Shown here one piece after another: positions 27,620 through 37,707 of a DNA stretch of 64,000 bases. Location of the stretch: NCBI GenBank assembly GCA_032654565.1, contig JAULAX010000018.1, positions 1 to 64,000 of the forward strand, given 5' to 3'. The notes under the pieces were generated by a model. It had not been told where the DNA came from and did no database searches. It saw nothing but the letters and a program-made list of their open reading frames with translations. Origin of the DNA: Anaeromyxobacteraceae bacterium (lineage in GTDB: Bacteria; Myxococcota; Myxococcia; Myxococcales; Anaeromyxobacteraceae). Position numbers and translations under genes: made by a program. Position 1 is the first letter of the stretch; each line of letters starts with the position of its first letter.

Positions 27620-28678
27620 ATGACCTCCCGCGGGAAGACCGCGCTGGGCCTGTCAGGGTTCATGCGCCAGCTGGCCATCACCCTGGCCTTCAACACCGCC
27701 ATTGCCGGGTACTGCGTGGCGGTGATGCCCATCACCTTCGGCTGGGCCTTCATCACCTCGCACGTGATCGGCCTCAGCATCCTGGTGGCCTCCTGGACGG
27801 TGCAGGCCATCTGGCCGGAGCGCTCGCGGTTCGTCACCGCGCTCATCGCCATCCCCGCCGGCGCCGGAGCCGCGCTCGGCCTCATCGCCCTGGCGGGCGG
27901 CGGGCCGATCGCCCGGCAGGTCACCGAGCACCCTCGGCTCTTCGCCTCGATCCTGGGCGGGGCGCTGATCTTCGGCGCGGCCATCTCCTACTACTTCCAC
28001 GCCGCCGAGCGGATCTCGGCGGGCGAGGCCCGGCTGCGCGAGGAGCTGCTGGAGCGGGTCCTCGGCGAGCAGCGGCTCACCCAGGCCAACCTGAAGCTGC
28101 TCCAGGCCCAGATCGAGCCGCACTTCCTCTTCAACACCCTCTCCAACGTCCTCCACCTCATCGACGAGCAGCCGGCGCAGGCCCGGCGGATGCTCGAGAA
28201 CCTGACCGCCTACCTGCGCGCCTCCCTGAAGCGCACGAGGGAGGGGCCGACCACGCTGGACGAGGAGCTGGAGCTGGTCCGCGCCTACCTGGAGATCCAG
28301 GCGGTGCGGCTCGGCGACCGGCTACGCTGGGAGATCGAGGCGGCGCCGGAGCTGCGCCACCTCCTGCTGCCGCCGCTCCTCTTGCAGCCGCTGGTGGAGA
28401 ACGCGGTGCGCCACGGCCTCGAGCCCAAGCCCGGGGGCGGCGCCATCTCGGTGCGGGCGAGGCGCCAGGGCGACCGGCTGCTCCTCGAGGTGGCCGACAC
28501 CGGCCTGGGGATGAAGCCGACCAGCCCGCCGGGCGTGGGGCTGTCCAACGTCCGCTCCCGCATCGGCCAGGTCTCGGGCGGTCGTGGCGAGCTCACGCTG
28601 CGCCCCAACACGCCGGAGGGGCTCTGCGTCTCCATCGCCCTCCCGCTCGACGCCGCTGCCGCGACGCCGGCCGCCTGA
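27620..28678 (+). CDS. LytS/YehU-type sensor histidine kinase
   Basis: 4 TM; LQAQIEPHFLFNTL; LQPLVENAVRHG; DTGLG; GVGLSNV; start uncertain (27548-27662). Confidence 0.93.
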   Translation: MTSRGKTALGLSGFMRQLAITLAFNTAIAGYCVAVMPITFGWAFITSHVIGLSILVASWTVQAIWPERSRFVTALIAIPAGAGAALGLIALAGGGPIARQVTEHPRLFASILGGALIFGAAISYYFHAAERISAGEARLREELLERVLGEQRLTQANLKLLQAQIEPHFLFNTLSNVLHLIDEQPAQARRMLENLTAYLRASLKRTREGPTTLDEELELVRAYLEIQAVRLGDRLRWEIEAAPELRHLLLPPLLLQPLVENAVRHGLEPKPGGGAISVRARRQGDRLLLEVADTGLGMKPTSPPGVGLSNVRSRIGQVSGGRGELTLRPNTPEGLCVSIALPLDAAAATPAA

Positions 28679-28686
28679 GGAGCACC

Positions 28687-29439
28687 ATGGCCCACCCCAC
28701 CGCCATCGTGGTCGACGACGAGCCCGGGCTGGTGGCCCAGCTCCAGAAGGCGCTGGCGGCCGCCTGGCCGGAGCTGCAGGTGGTGGGGACGGCCGGCGAC
28801 GGGGCGCAGGCGCTGGCCCTGGTGGAGCGGCTGCATCCCCAGGTGGCCTTCTTGGACATCCAGATGCCGGGCCTGAGCGGGCTGGAGGTGGCCCGCCGGC
28901 TGGCGGGACGCTGCCACGTGGTCTTCGTCACCGCCTACGACCGGTTCGCCGTGCAGGCCTTCGAGAGCGCCGCCCTGGACTACCTGCTCAAGCCGGTGGA
29001 CGGCGCGCGGCTGGCCAGCACCGTGGCGCGGCTCCGCGACCGGCTGGCCTCCCAGCCGCCCGACCTGGGCGCCCTGGTGGAGCGGCTGGCCGAGCGGCTG
29101 CGCCCCGGCGCCGGCCACCTCCAGTGGCTCCAGGTCCAGCAACGGGAGGACGTGGTGCTGGTGGCGGTCGACGACGTCGACGTCTTCCAGTCGTCCGAGA
29201 AGTACACGCTGGCCCTGTCGGGCGCGCGGGAGTGGGTGATCCGCACGCCGTTGAAGGAGCTGGAGGCCCAGCTCGACCCGGCGCGGTTCTGGCGGATCCA
29301 TCGCGGCGCCATCGTCCGGGTCGCCGCCATCGCCCGGGTGAGCCGGGACCTGGGCGGGCAGCTCATCGTCCACCTGCGCGACTCGACGCGCACGGTGGCG
29401 GTGAGCCGGGCCTACGCCGCCCGCTTCAAGGAGATGTAG
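28687..29439 (+). CDS. LytTR-family response regulator
   Basis: VDDE, FLDIQMPG, FVTAYD, YLLKP; FWRIHRG..VSRAY. Confidence 0.95.
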   Translation: MAHPTAIVVDDEPGLVAQLQKALAAAWPELQVVGTAGDGAQALALVERLHPQVAFLDIQMPGLSGLEVARRLAGRCHVVFVTAYDRFAVQAFESAALDYLLKPVDGARLASTVARLRDRLASQPPDLGALVERLAERLRPGAGHLQWLQVQQREDVVLVAVDDVDVFQSSEKYTLALSGAREWVIRTPLKELEAQLDPARFWRIHRGAIVRVAAIARVSRDLGGQLIVHLRDSTRTVAVSRAYAARFKEM

Positions 29440-29581
29440 CGGCCGGCTGGCTGTCTCCGTGGAGTGTGAGCAGGCCCGGGCCGAGGAGCCGGTGCCCGGT
29501 CGATCAGGCCTGCCCCCATGCAGGTCGGCCTTGCACCACCGCGCTGGCGCTCGACTCCCGCCCGGTGTTTGGTGGCGCGCC

Positions 29582-30382
29582 ATGGGTGACCTGAAGACGC
29601 ATGAGTCCCGCGACGCCGCGCCGCTGCGGCGCTTCCTCCAGCGCGACCCGGTCGCCGCCGGCTACCTTCTCGGGGACCTGGATCCGGCCTTCTTCGACGA
29701 TGGCCGGTGGCTGGTGACCAGCCGCGAGGGCGAGCTCGTCCACGTGCTGTTGGAGTACCGGGGCCTCTCCACCCCGGCGCTCCTCAGCTACGGCGAGCCG
29801 GATGGCCTGGCCTCGGCGCTGGAGGTGTTCCAGGAGTCACTCCCGGTCAATTGCCACGCGAAGCTCCCGCTCCACCACGAGGCCGAATGGCGGCGTCGCT
29901 ATGAACTGCCCGCGCCAACCATGCTGCGGAACATGGGGCTGGCCGCCGACGACCTCCGCCCGGTCGCGCCCGCCCACTCGCTGGTGATCCGGCGCCTCGA
30001 CGGGCGCGAGGATCTCGACCGGGTGCTCGAGGCCTATGCCGACTACCCCGGGAACCACTTCGAGGCCAGCGCCCTGCGGACCGGGCTCTACCTGGGCGGG
30101 TTCGAGGGCGGGCGACTGGTGACGGTGGCCGGGACCCACGTGGTCTCGCCCCGGGAGGGGATCGCCGTGCTCGGCAACATCGTCACCCGCGCCGACGCCC
30201 GCGGCCGGGGGCACGGCACGGCCTGCACCAGCGCGCTGGTGCAGGCGCTCAGGGACCGGGGGTGCCGTGTCATCGCGCTCCAGGTGGAGATCGACAACGC
30301 CGCCGCCATCGCCTCCTACAGGCACCTCGGGTTCCGCTTCGACGGCTTCGTCCTGCAGGCCGAGTGCAGGCGGCGGGGGTGA
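29582..30382 (+). CDS. GNAT family N-acetyltransferase
   Basis: GNIVT..ARGRGHG; NAAAIASYRHLGF. Confidence 0.88.
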   Translation: MGDLKTHESRDAAPLRRFLQRDPVAAGYLLGDLDPAFFDDGRWLVTSREGELVHVLLEYRGLSTPALLSYGEPDGLASALEVFQESLPVNCHAKLPLHHEAEWRRRYELPAPTMLRNMGLAADDLRPVAPAHSLVIRRLDGREDLDRVLEAYADYPGNHFEASALRTGLYLGGFEGGRLVTVAGTHVVSPREGIAVLGNIVTRADARGRGHGTACTSALVQALRDRGCRVIALQVEIDNAAAIASYRHLGFRFDGFVLQAECRRRG

Positions 30383-30445
30383 TCGCCAGGCCGTCCCCCT
30401 GACCGGGAACTCCGGCGTCGTCCCCAGCCGGCGTCTCGCTCGAAA

Positions 30446-31033
30446 CTACGGGCCTCCCCGGGCAGGCGCCTCACCCGGAGGTGGTCGAACCGGATGCGAG
30501 CCGAAGAAGGCGAGCTGTTGCGCCAGCAGCGCCTGCTCTGGGTGGAGGTGTCGCGGAAGCTCGAGCTGCTTCACGGCGTGCGCCGCCTCCAGGGCCAACC
30601 GGAACGTCTCAGGCTCGATCGGCTGCTCGCGCCCCGGCGTGGGCCGCCCCTCCCGGACCCAGTGGCTGGGGATCCTGTCCTCGGAGAGCAACAGAAGGGT
30701 TCGTCCGGTCGAATCGATCACCCGGAGCGCGATGTAGTAGTCGCGCTCCATTGGAGGCTGCAACGCGCCCCGCTCCATGGGCTGGCGCATGGTCTCGAAG
30801 CGAAGCGTGCGCCGGCCGTCGCTGTAGGTTCCGTTCAACTCCGTCTCGGCGCTGGCCTGGTCCAGCGTGATGCCCACGGCGCCTCCCGCCTGGCGCTGGC
30901 TCTGCGCGGCCGTGGCACCGGCCGCCTCGGCTGGGAGACTTCGGGCATCGCAGCCGGCAGACCCAGCCAGCGAGAGCGCTGCGTAGAGCGCCAGCCGTCT
31001 TCCTCGGCGAGAGCGAGGTTCGCTGCGTGTCAT
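30446..31033 (-). CDS. Hypothetical lipoprotein
   Basis: Basic N-terminus, hydrophobic core, SAGC; overlaps the upstream gene stop. Confidence 0.6.
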   Translation of the reverse strand: MTRSEPRSRRGRRLALYAALSLAGSAGCDARSLPAEAAGATAAQSQRQAGGAVGITLDQASAETELNGTYSDGRRTLRFETMRQPMERGALQPPMERDYYIALRVIDSTGRTLLLLSEDRIPSHWVREGRPTPGREQPIEPETFRLALEAAHAVKQLELPRHLHPEQALLAQQLAFFGSHPVRPPPGEAPARGGP

Positions 31034-31932
31034 GCCGGTCGATCCTCTGCCAGGAACTGCGCGATCCGGCCACCGATGGTGGCGGGATCATCCTCCTGGA
31101 GGAAGTGCCCGCACCCGCGCAGGACCTCGAGGCGGGCGCCGGGCAGGTCGCGGGCCAGCCGCTCCAGCTCGGAGGCCACGCCGGGCAGCAGGCGATCGCG
31201 GGTGGCGCGCAGCAGCAGCGCCGGGACCGTCAGCCGGTGGAGGCCCTGCTCCAGCTCGTCGAGCTCAGCGAGCCGGGGGTCGAGGAAGGTCTTGCGGAGC
31301 ACCCGCCGCGCGGCCGCGGTGGCGTATGGCCGGACGTAGGCGGCGACGGCCTCCGGCGCCAGCGCGCCGGTGACGCCGGCGCGCATGACGCCGGCGACCC
31401 CGAGGCCGCTGAAGACCAGGTGCCCCAGCCCTGGCGCGTGCGCCGCGGCGACCAGCAGCCTGGACGCCAGCGGGGCCCGGCGGTCCGCCAGGATCGACCG
31501 CAGCCGGCGAGCCAGGCCGCCCTCGGCCCAGTACAGCCGCGCCGGCCCATCGCGGTAGACGATCGTGTTCATGACCACCAGCCGCCGGAGCCGATGTGGA
31601 TTTCGCACCGCCCAGAGCAGCCCGATCGGCCCGCCCAGGTCGTGGAGGACCAGCGAGACCCGGCGGGCGCCGACGGCGTCGAGGAACGCGCCCAGCATGC
31701 CGGCCTGGAAGTCGAGCGTGTAGGTCACCTGCTCGGGCTTGTCGGAGAGCCCGAAGCCGGGCAGGTCCGGCGCCAGGACGCGGCCGCCGGCGGCGAGGGC
31801 CGGGACGATGTCCCGCCAGAGGTAGGACGAGGTCGGCCAGCCGTGGACCAGGACGGTCGCCTCCCCGGTGCCCTCCTCGAGGTAGTGCAGGTCGATCGAC
31901 CCGACCTGGACGTGGCGGCTCTCGGCGGTCAT
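31030..31932 (-). CDS. Alpha/beta hydrolase (haloalkane dehalogenase/epoxide hydrolase-like)
   Basis: HGWPTSSYLWR, PDLPGFGLSDKP, LHDLGG (Asp nucleophile), GHFLQED. Confidence 0.9.
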   Translation of the reverse strand: MTAESRHVQVGSIDLHYLEEGTGEATVLVHGWPTSSYLWRDIVPALAAGGRVLAPDLPGFGLSDKPEQVTYTLDFQAGMLGAFLDAVGARRVSLVLHDLGGPIGLLWAVRNPHRLRRLVVMNTIVYRDGPARLYWAEGGLARRLRSILADRRAPLASRLLVAAAHAPGLGHLVFSGLGVAGVMRAGVTGALAPEAVAAYVRPYATAAARRVLRKTFLDPRLAELDELEQGLHRLTVPALLLRATRDRLLPGVASELERLARDLPGARLEVLRGCGHFLQEDDPATIGGRIAQFLAEDRPA

Positions 31933-31953
31933 CCGATCCTCCTCGCCATCGGC

Positions 31954-32766
31954 TCACCCCGGCCGTCGACGGCCGCCCAGCGCCGCCTGGATGTTGCAGG
32001 CATGCCCCTCGCCGGCCGCGGCGAAGACGCGGCTCCCCGGGGTCGCCGCCAGCCGCAGCCGCTCCAGCATGTAGGGTTCGCGGAGCTGGTTGCTCTCCTT
32101 CGACATCCGCTGGGTGAGCAGCTCGTCCCTGGTGGGGTCGTGCCAGTCGGTGGTGACCGCGGCCGGATCCCACCGGCGCTTCAGGGCGCGCTCGCAGACC
32201 CGGCCCAGGTCGGCGCTGGTGGTGGTGGCGGGCAGCCCGGCCAGCGGGGCGTAGCGTTGGATGGCCCAGGCCACCAGGTCGCCTGGCGGCTGCTGGTCGG
32301 GTGGCCTGGGGTTGAAGTAGGCCAGCACCCGCACCGTCATGAAGAGCAGGACCTCCTCCCGCGAGTGGCGCAGCGCCAGCCGGCGCACCTCCTCGGCCTC
32401 CGGCAGGTCCATGCTCTGGCAGGGGATCCCCCGCCGGACCGCCAGCCAGCAGAGCAGCCCGGCCTCGCCCCCGTGGGTGATGGCGGTCGCCTTGTCGGGC
32501 GAGGCGCCCGCGCCATCCCCCTCCACCAGGATGAGCGTCGGCGAGAAGGCCGCGACGCGCCGCTCCAGCTCGAGGAGCACCGGGTCGCTGGGCTCGGTGC
32601 GGTGGCGCGCGCCGAAGAGCACCAGCGCCGCGCCGTCGCGCTCCAGCTCGACGACGCGAAGCGCGCCCTCGCCGCGGCCGTTGCAGGAGGCGAGGGCCAC
32701 CTGCGGTGGTCCCGCGTCGACCTGCGGCGCGAACAGCAGGGACGCGAATGCGGCCATGAAAAGCAT
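31954..32766 (-). CDS. Hypothetical exported protein
   Basis: FGARH, ILVEG, RE..M, GEGH (TraB/Tiki-like residue pattern, uncertain). Confidence 0.65.
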   Translation of the reverse strand: MLFMAAFASLLFAPQVDAGPPQVALASCNGRGEGALRVVELERDGAALVLFGARHRTEPSDPVLLELERRVAAFSPTLILVEGDGAGASPDKATAITHGGEAGLLCWLAVRRGIPCQSMDLPEAEEVRRLALRHSREEVLLFMTVRVLAYFNPRPPDQQPPGDLVAWAIQRYAPLAGLPATTTSADLGRVCERALKRRWDPAAVTTDWHDPTRDELLTQRMSKESNQLREPYMLERLRLAATPGSRVFAAAGEGHACNIQAALGGRRRPG

Positions 32767-32964
32767 GTCGTTCGTTCCTCCGTCGCCGGGCCGGCGGGGA
32801 AGCGGCGATCATGCCTGCCCATCCAGCCAAAGCGACTCAGCTGGCGCAGCCTACGCCGGACGTCGGGCGGTCCACCCAGCAGGGATGCCTCATCGCCCTT
32901 GCCGGAATGCCGGGACGCCCCCACCCCGTCCCGGCCATCATGCCGGCCAGCCAAGGAGGCGCAC

Positions 32965-33717
32965 ATGGACTTCCTGCGACTTTCGACGGGTGACGGCATC
33001 GCCGAGGCGAGGCTGGAGCGGGGCAAGGTCAACGCCCTCAACGACCAGGTGGTGCAGGAGCTGAGCACCTGCCTGCGGGAGCTGGCCGTCGACCCGGCGG
33101 TGCGGGCCACCATCCTCACCGGCACCGGCAAGTTCTTCTCCTTCGGCTTCGACATCCCCGAGTTCCTGGCCTACTCCCGGGCGGAGTTCACCAGGTACCT
33201 GACCGCCTTCGCCGGGCTTTACCGGGAGATGTTCCTGCACCCCCAGCCGCTGGTGGCCGCCCTCAACGGCCACGCCGTGGCCGGGGGCTGCATGCTGGCC
33301 ACCGCCTGCGACGCCCGCCTCATGGCCGACGGCAAGGGCAAGATCGGCCTCAACGAGATCGGCTTCGGCTCCTCGGTCTTCGCCGGGAGCGTCCAGCTGC
33401 TCGCCTACTGGCTCGGCGAGCGGCGCGCCCAGGAGGTCCTCTTCAGCGGCAAGCTCCACGCGCCGTCCGAGGCCCTGGCGATCGGCCTGGTCGACGCCGT
33501 GGTCGGCGAGGCCGAGCTGGCCGGGGAGGCGCGGCGGGTGGCCGGCGCCCTCGCCGCCAAGGATCCGGCCGCGTTCCGCAGCATCAAGGGGCTGCTCCGC
33601 AGGCCGGTGGTCGAGGCCATGCTCTCCAGGGAGGCCGCCTCCATCGCGGAGTTCGTCGACCTCTGGTACTCGCCGCAGACCTGGAAGAACCTGCAGGGGA
33701 TCACCATTCGCGGGTGA
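32965..33717 (+). CDS. Enoyl-CoA hydratase/isomerase family protein
   Basis: AAGGAGG RBS; KVNAL, FSFGFD, AALNGHAVAGG, IGLNE. Confidence 0.92.
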   Translation: MDFLRLSTGDGIAEARLERGKVNALNDQVVQELSTCLRELAVDPAVRATILTGTGKFFSFGFDIPEFLAYSRAEFTRYLTAFAGLYREMFLHPQPLVAALNGHAVAGGCMLATACDARLMADGKGKIGLNEIGFGSSVFAGSVQLLAYWLGERRAQEVLFSGKLHAPSEALAIGLVDAVVGEAELAGEARRVAGALAAKDPAAFRSIKGLLRRPVVEAMLSREAASIAEFVDLWYSPQTWKNLQGITIRG

Positions 33718-33764
33718 CGCCGGAGGCGGTGGACCGGATCGGAGTGGCCGCCGGGGAGGACTCG

Positions 33765-34478
33765 ATGGTCGTCGACAACGGCACGCTCGCCCGGGAGTTC
33801 CCGGGCCTCTCCACCGCGCTCGTCACCGACGCCTGCCTGCGCCTGGGCCTCTCCATCCGCATGGCTCCCTTCGGCATCCGGCCGGTGGTGGCGGGCGACC
33901 TGGTGGCCGGGCGAGCCCTGCCGGTGCGCCATCGCGGCAGCGTCGACGTCTTCCTGGAAGCGCTCGACCAGGCCGAGCCGGGTGACGTGCTGGTGATCGA
34001 CAACGGCGGGAGGACCGACGAGGGGTGCATCGGCGACCTCACGGTGCTGGAGGCCAGGGCGTTCGGCGTGCGCGGCGTCGTGCTGTGGGGTACCCACCGG
34101 GACTCGCTGGAGCTGGCACGCCTGGGGATCCCGGTGTTCAGCTACGGCGCCCGCCCGGCCGGGCCTCGGAGGCTGGATCCCGGCCAGCCCGACGACCTGA
34201 TCTCGGCGCGCTTCGGCGATGGCCTGGTGACGCGGGACGACGTCGTCCTGGGCGACGCCGACGGCGTGGTCTTCGTGCCGAGGACCAGGACCATGGAGCT
34301 GATCGAGACGGCCCGCGCCATCGCCACCAGGGAGCGGGCCCAGGCCGAGCTGGTGAACCAGGGGACCACCCTGCACCAGCAGCTCCGGTTCGAGGAGTAC
34401 CTGGAGCGCCGCGCCGCCTACCCGTCCTACACCTTCCGCCAGCACCTGCGCAGGCTGGGGGGCGCCATCGAGGAGTGA
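33765..34478 (+). CDS. RraA/HMG aldolase family protein
   Basis: TALVTDA, PGDVLVIDNGG, G..RD, GDADGVVFVP. Confidence 0.9.
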   Translation: MVVDNGTLAREFPGLSTALVTDACLRLGLSIRMAPFGIRPVVAGDLVAGRALPVRHRGSVDVFLEALDQAEPGDVLVIDNGGRTDEGCIGDLTVLEARAFGVRGVVLWGTHRDSLELARLGIPVFSYGARPAGPRRLDPGQPDDLISARFGDGLVTRDDVVLGDADGVVFVPRTRTMELIETARAIATRERAQAELVNQGTTLHQQLRFEEYLERRAAYPSYTFRQHLRRLGGAIEE

Positions 34479-34499
34479 GCCGGCCACCGGGCCCGGTGC

Positions 34500-35399
34500 T
34501 CACGGCCGACCGAGCACCCCCGCCACCCAGGCCCGGACGTAGGCGGCCAGCGGCGCCCCGTGGCGAACCCAGCGGAAATGGTCGAGCCGGGCGGAGGGGC
34601 CCGCCTCCGTGGCGCCGTAGTGCCACCGGGTCAGCCGCGCGCCCGGCAGCTTGGCGCAGAGGTGGTCGATGGCCGATGGCGGCGCCAGCCGGTCGTTGTC
34701 CACCGAGACAGCCAGCAGCGGCAGCTCCAGCCCGGCCAGCCGCCCCTCGTGGTCCTCCTCGGTCCCCTCCAGGTCGTAGCGCCCGGTCCGCGCCTGGCGC
34801 GCCCAGTCCCGCATCACGCCGGCGGACTCGTTGCCGGCGAAGCGCAGGCGGCGCCCGGGGAAATACCCCCACGCGGTGGCGAGGAGCGCGGCCGCCTGGG
34901 TGGCGAGCAGGACCCCGGCGCGGGCCAGGCCCGGGTAGCCGCGGTGGTAGACCGAGCAGGCCGCCACCAGGACGATCCCCCGGACCCGCTCCGGGTGGCG
35001 CGCCGCGAAGAGCGCGGCGAGCTGCCCGCCCAGGCTGTGGCCGAGCAGGAAGACGGGGCGCTCCGGGTGGGAGCGGCGCTCCGTGGCCACCATGGCCTCG
35101 AGGTCCAGCGCCACCAGCTGGTGGTAGCCGAAGCGCGTCCCCCGCCCGGCGCGCACCGAGCTGGTCCCGTGTCCCCGCAGGTCGCCGGAGACGAGGTGCA
35201 GGCCGTGGCGCGCCAGCTCCAGCGCGAACGGCCGGTAGTATCGGGCCTCGACCCCCATGGCCGGCAGGCAGAGCAGCAGCGGCGCGTCCGCCGCCGCGTC
35301 CGCCCGGCAGACGTGCTCCAGCCCGAGCCGGGTGCCGTCCTCGACCTCGACCTCCTCCGACCACCGCACCGCCTCTTCCACCTGGCCCCCTCCCGTCAA
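34500..35399 (-). CDS. Alpha/beta hydrolase
   Basis: PAMGV..YY, DLRGHG, GHSLGGQ, DHFRW; start uncertain. Confidence 0.88.
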   Translation of the reverse strand: MTGGGQVEEAVRWSEEVEVEDGTRLGLEHVCRADAAADAPLLLCLPAMGVEARYYRPFALELARHGLHLVSGDLRGHGTSSVRAGRGTRFGYHQLVALDLEAMVATERRSHPERPVFLLGHSLGGQLAALFAARHPERVRGIVLVAACSVYHRGYPGLARAGVLLATQAAALLATAWGYFPGRRLRFAGNESAGVMRDWARQARTGRYDLEGTEEDHEGRLAGLELPLLAVSVDNDRLAPPSAIDHLCAKLPGARLTRWHYGATEAGPSARLDHFRWVRHGAPLAAYVRAWVAGVLGRP

Positions 35400-36760
35400 G
35401 CGCAGCGGAGCCGCGCCATCAGCGCCTGGTCGCCACCGCGCTGGAACGCCTCCAGCGCCTCGTGGGCCGGGCTGCGGCCCGACTCGGCGCGCGCCCGCAG
35501 GGGCTCGAGCCAGCGGCGCTCGTCGTCCTGGCCCATGGCGCCGGGCTGTTGCCTTGCCAGCCCCTCGGCCGAGAGGGCCAGCAGCCGTCCGGCCAGCTCC
35601 CGCAGCGTGCCGCCTCCTGGCACCGAGGCGGCCAGCCCGAGCCGCCCGGCGTCGCCCATCAGCCGCCGGCGCTCCTCCAGCCCGAGCCGGCGGACCTCCT
35701 CCCAGGCGGCCGACCGCGCGCCGTCATCGTACAGCAGCCCCTTCCAGAAGGCCGCCAGCCCCTTGCTCATCCCGGCGTCGCAGGCGTCGGCCCCGCGCAT
35801 CTCGACCACGCCCTTGAGGCGGGCATCGGGGAAGAGGCAGGTGAGGTGATCCTCCCAGTCGGCCAGGGTGGGGCGCTCACCCTGGAAGCCCGACCTCAGG
35901 AAGGCCCGGAAGGTCAGGCCTCCGGGGTCGAGGTAGCGGTGGCCCCTGCGCACGAAGACCATGGACACGTCGAGCGCCCACTCCGCGTAGCGTCGATAGG
36001 CCTCCTCCACGAAGCCCTCCTCGAAGGCGAAGCGCGGGACCCCGCAGCGCGCCGGGTCGGTCTGCTCCCAGACCTGCACCCGGAAGCTCAGGCCGCCCCA
36101 GGGGGCGCCGTTCAAGATGGGCGAGTTGGCGAAGAGGGCGGTCACCACCGGCTGGATCGCCAGCCCCAGGCGCAGCTTCTCGCCGGCGTCGGCCTCGCTG
36201 CCGAAGTCGAAGGAGGCCTGGCCCGATCCGGTCATGGCCATCATGTCCTCGGCCAGGAGGCCGCGCCGGGAGAGGAAGGGACGCATCACCTGGTAGCGGG
36301 TCTTGGGCATCCAGGCCACGGTCCGGGGCGTCCCCCAGGGGCGATAGCCGACGGCCAGGAACTGCAGGCCGAGCTCGGCGGCCACCATGGCGCAGGTCCG
36401 GTGGTGCTGGTCCACCTCCGCCGCCAGGGCCTGGAGGTCGCTGAAGGGCCGGCCGGAGAGCTCGAGCTGTCCTCCCGGTTCGATGCTGACGGTGAGCCCA
36501 CCGTCCTGCGCGGCGATGATCCGGCCGTCGTCTTCCACGGCCTTGAAGCCGAGGAGGACGAAGCGGCGCAGCACCGCCTCCACCCCTCGCGGGCCCTGGT
36601 ACGCCACCGGTGCGGTGCTCCCAAGATGGATCAGCACCTTCTCGTGCTCCAGGCCGACCCTCCAGGCCTGGGCCGGCTTCTCGCGGGCCCGGAACCAGGC
36701 CACCAGGTCGTCGAGTTCATGGACGGGCGGGCTCAGCTCGGAAGGCCGGTCGAGTGACAT
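35396..36760 (-). CDS. gshA: Glutamate--cysteine ligase (GCS2/plant-alphaproteobacterial type)
   Basis: VGLEHEK, SIEPGGQLELSG, WMPKTRY, ALFANSP, DWEDHLTCLFPDARLK, EMRGAD. Confidence 0.92.
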   Translation of the reverse strand: MSLDRPSELSPPVHELDDLVAWFRAREKPAQAWRVGLEHEKVLIHLGSTAPVAYQGPRGVEAVLRRFVLLGFKAVEDDGRIIAAQDGGLTVSIEPGGQLELSGRPFSDLQALAAEVDQHHRTCAMVAAELGLQFLAVGYRPWGTPRTVAWMPKTRYQVMRPFLSRRGLLAEDMMAMTGSGQASFDFGSEADAGEKLRLGLAIQPVVTALFANSPILNGAPWGGLSFRVQVWEQTDPARCGVPRFAFEEGFVEEAYRRYAEWALDVSMVFVRRGHRYLDPGGLTFRAFLRSGFQGERPTLADWEDHLTCLFPDARLKGVVEMRGADACDAGMSKGLAAFWKGLLYDDGARSAAWEEVRRLGLEERRRLMGDAGRLGLAASVPGGGTLRELAGRLLALSAEGLARQQPGAMGQDDERRWLEPLRARAESGRSPAHEALEAFQRGGDQALMARLRCA

Positions 36761-36957
36761 GGGGGGAAGCTACGCGGGAGCGATCCGGGACGCAGCCGGG
36801 CAGGCGCAAGGCCTCCGGGCATCGCTGCAATCGCCGCGGCGCCTTGCAGCGGCGCAGGCTCCGGTTGCGGTGATGCCGGTGACATCCGCGAACCCGGCCT
36901 GCCTAGTCTGGCGGAGCTGCTCACCAGAGCCGCGAGCTCGCGGCCAGAGGAGGGACG

Positions 36958-37662
36958 ATGCGCCGACTCGCGCTGGGACTGCTCGTCATGTCGACGAGCG
37001 CTTGCTTCCACCCGACCTGGGCGCCGCTCCGCCCCGACACCGGGCTGTCGCCAGACACCATCGTCCTGGCCGGCTCCCTGCGCGCCGATCCGCCCATCCA
37101 GCAGCACGGCCTCCCGCGGGGGCACTGTGGGGTCTGGTACCAGGGCCGATGGGAGCCCGACGGCAAGATCGTCTTCGTCCAGGAGACCGACGGCAACCTC
37201 ATGGCCATGTTCACGTCGGACCTCTCGGAGCCGTGGAAGCCGCAGGAGCGCAAGGCCGTCGAGCCCACCGCGTGGACCTACCTGCCGGTCCAGGGTCACT
37301 TCTTCATCCAGGTCCCGCGCGCCTCCCGGGTCCAGCTGCGGGGCCTCTACTACCTGACCAACGCCGGGGCCAGGACGTTCGAGCTCCCCGCCCACGTCGA
37401 CGTCTCGCCCCAGGACCGGGTGGTCTACGTCGGCGAGATCCAGCTCCAGCGGAGCGGGGCCCGCCGCGCCGGGTTTCGCGACCAGGTGGAAGGGGCGCGA
37501 GCGGCGGCCAGGGAACGTGGCCTGACGCAGCTCCTCCAGGAGCCCTGGACGGTGAGGCTGCTGCAGACCAGCGGCTCGGGCCCGTCGCTCGGGGAGGAGT
37601 GGGGCGACTCCTGCGACGACGGCAAGGCGGGCTGGGTCCGCCTCTCTCCGAAGGCGAAATAG
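36958..37662 (+). CDS. Hypothetical lipoprotein
   Basis: GAGG RBS; TSAC lipobox; VVYVGEI. Confidence 0.7.
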   Translation: MRRLALGLLVMSTSACFHPTWAPLRPDTGLSPDTIVLAGSLRADPPIQQHGLPRGHCGVWYQGRWEPDGKIVFVQETDGNLMAMFTSDLSEPWKPQERKAVEPTAWTYLPVQGHFFIQVPRASRVQLRGLYYLTNAGARTFELPAHVDVSPQDRVVYVGEIQLQRSGARRAGFRDQVEGARAAARERGLTQLLQEPWTVRLLQTSGSGPSLGEEWGDSCDDGKAGWVRLSPKAK

Positions 37663-37707
37663 GCTCGGTCATCCATGGGCGCCGAGGCCGCGCGGGGAGC
37701 TGGGACC

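Noticed and set aside
31027..32964. 896-aa ORF apparently fused to enoyl-CoA hydratase
   Set aside because: Antisense shadow of two minus-strand genes in high-GC DNA; true start at 32965. The same applies to other long Arg/Pro/Gly-rich ORFs such as 34025-36757, 45615-48350 and 42915-45314.
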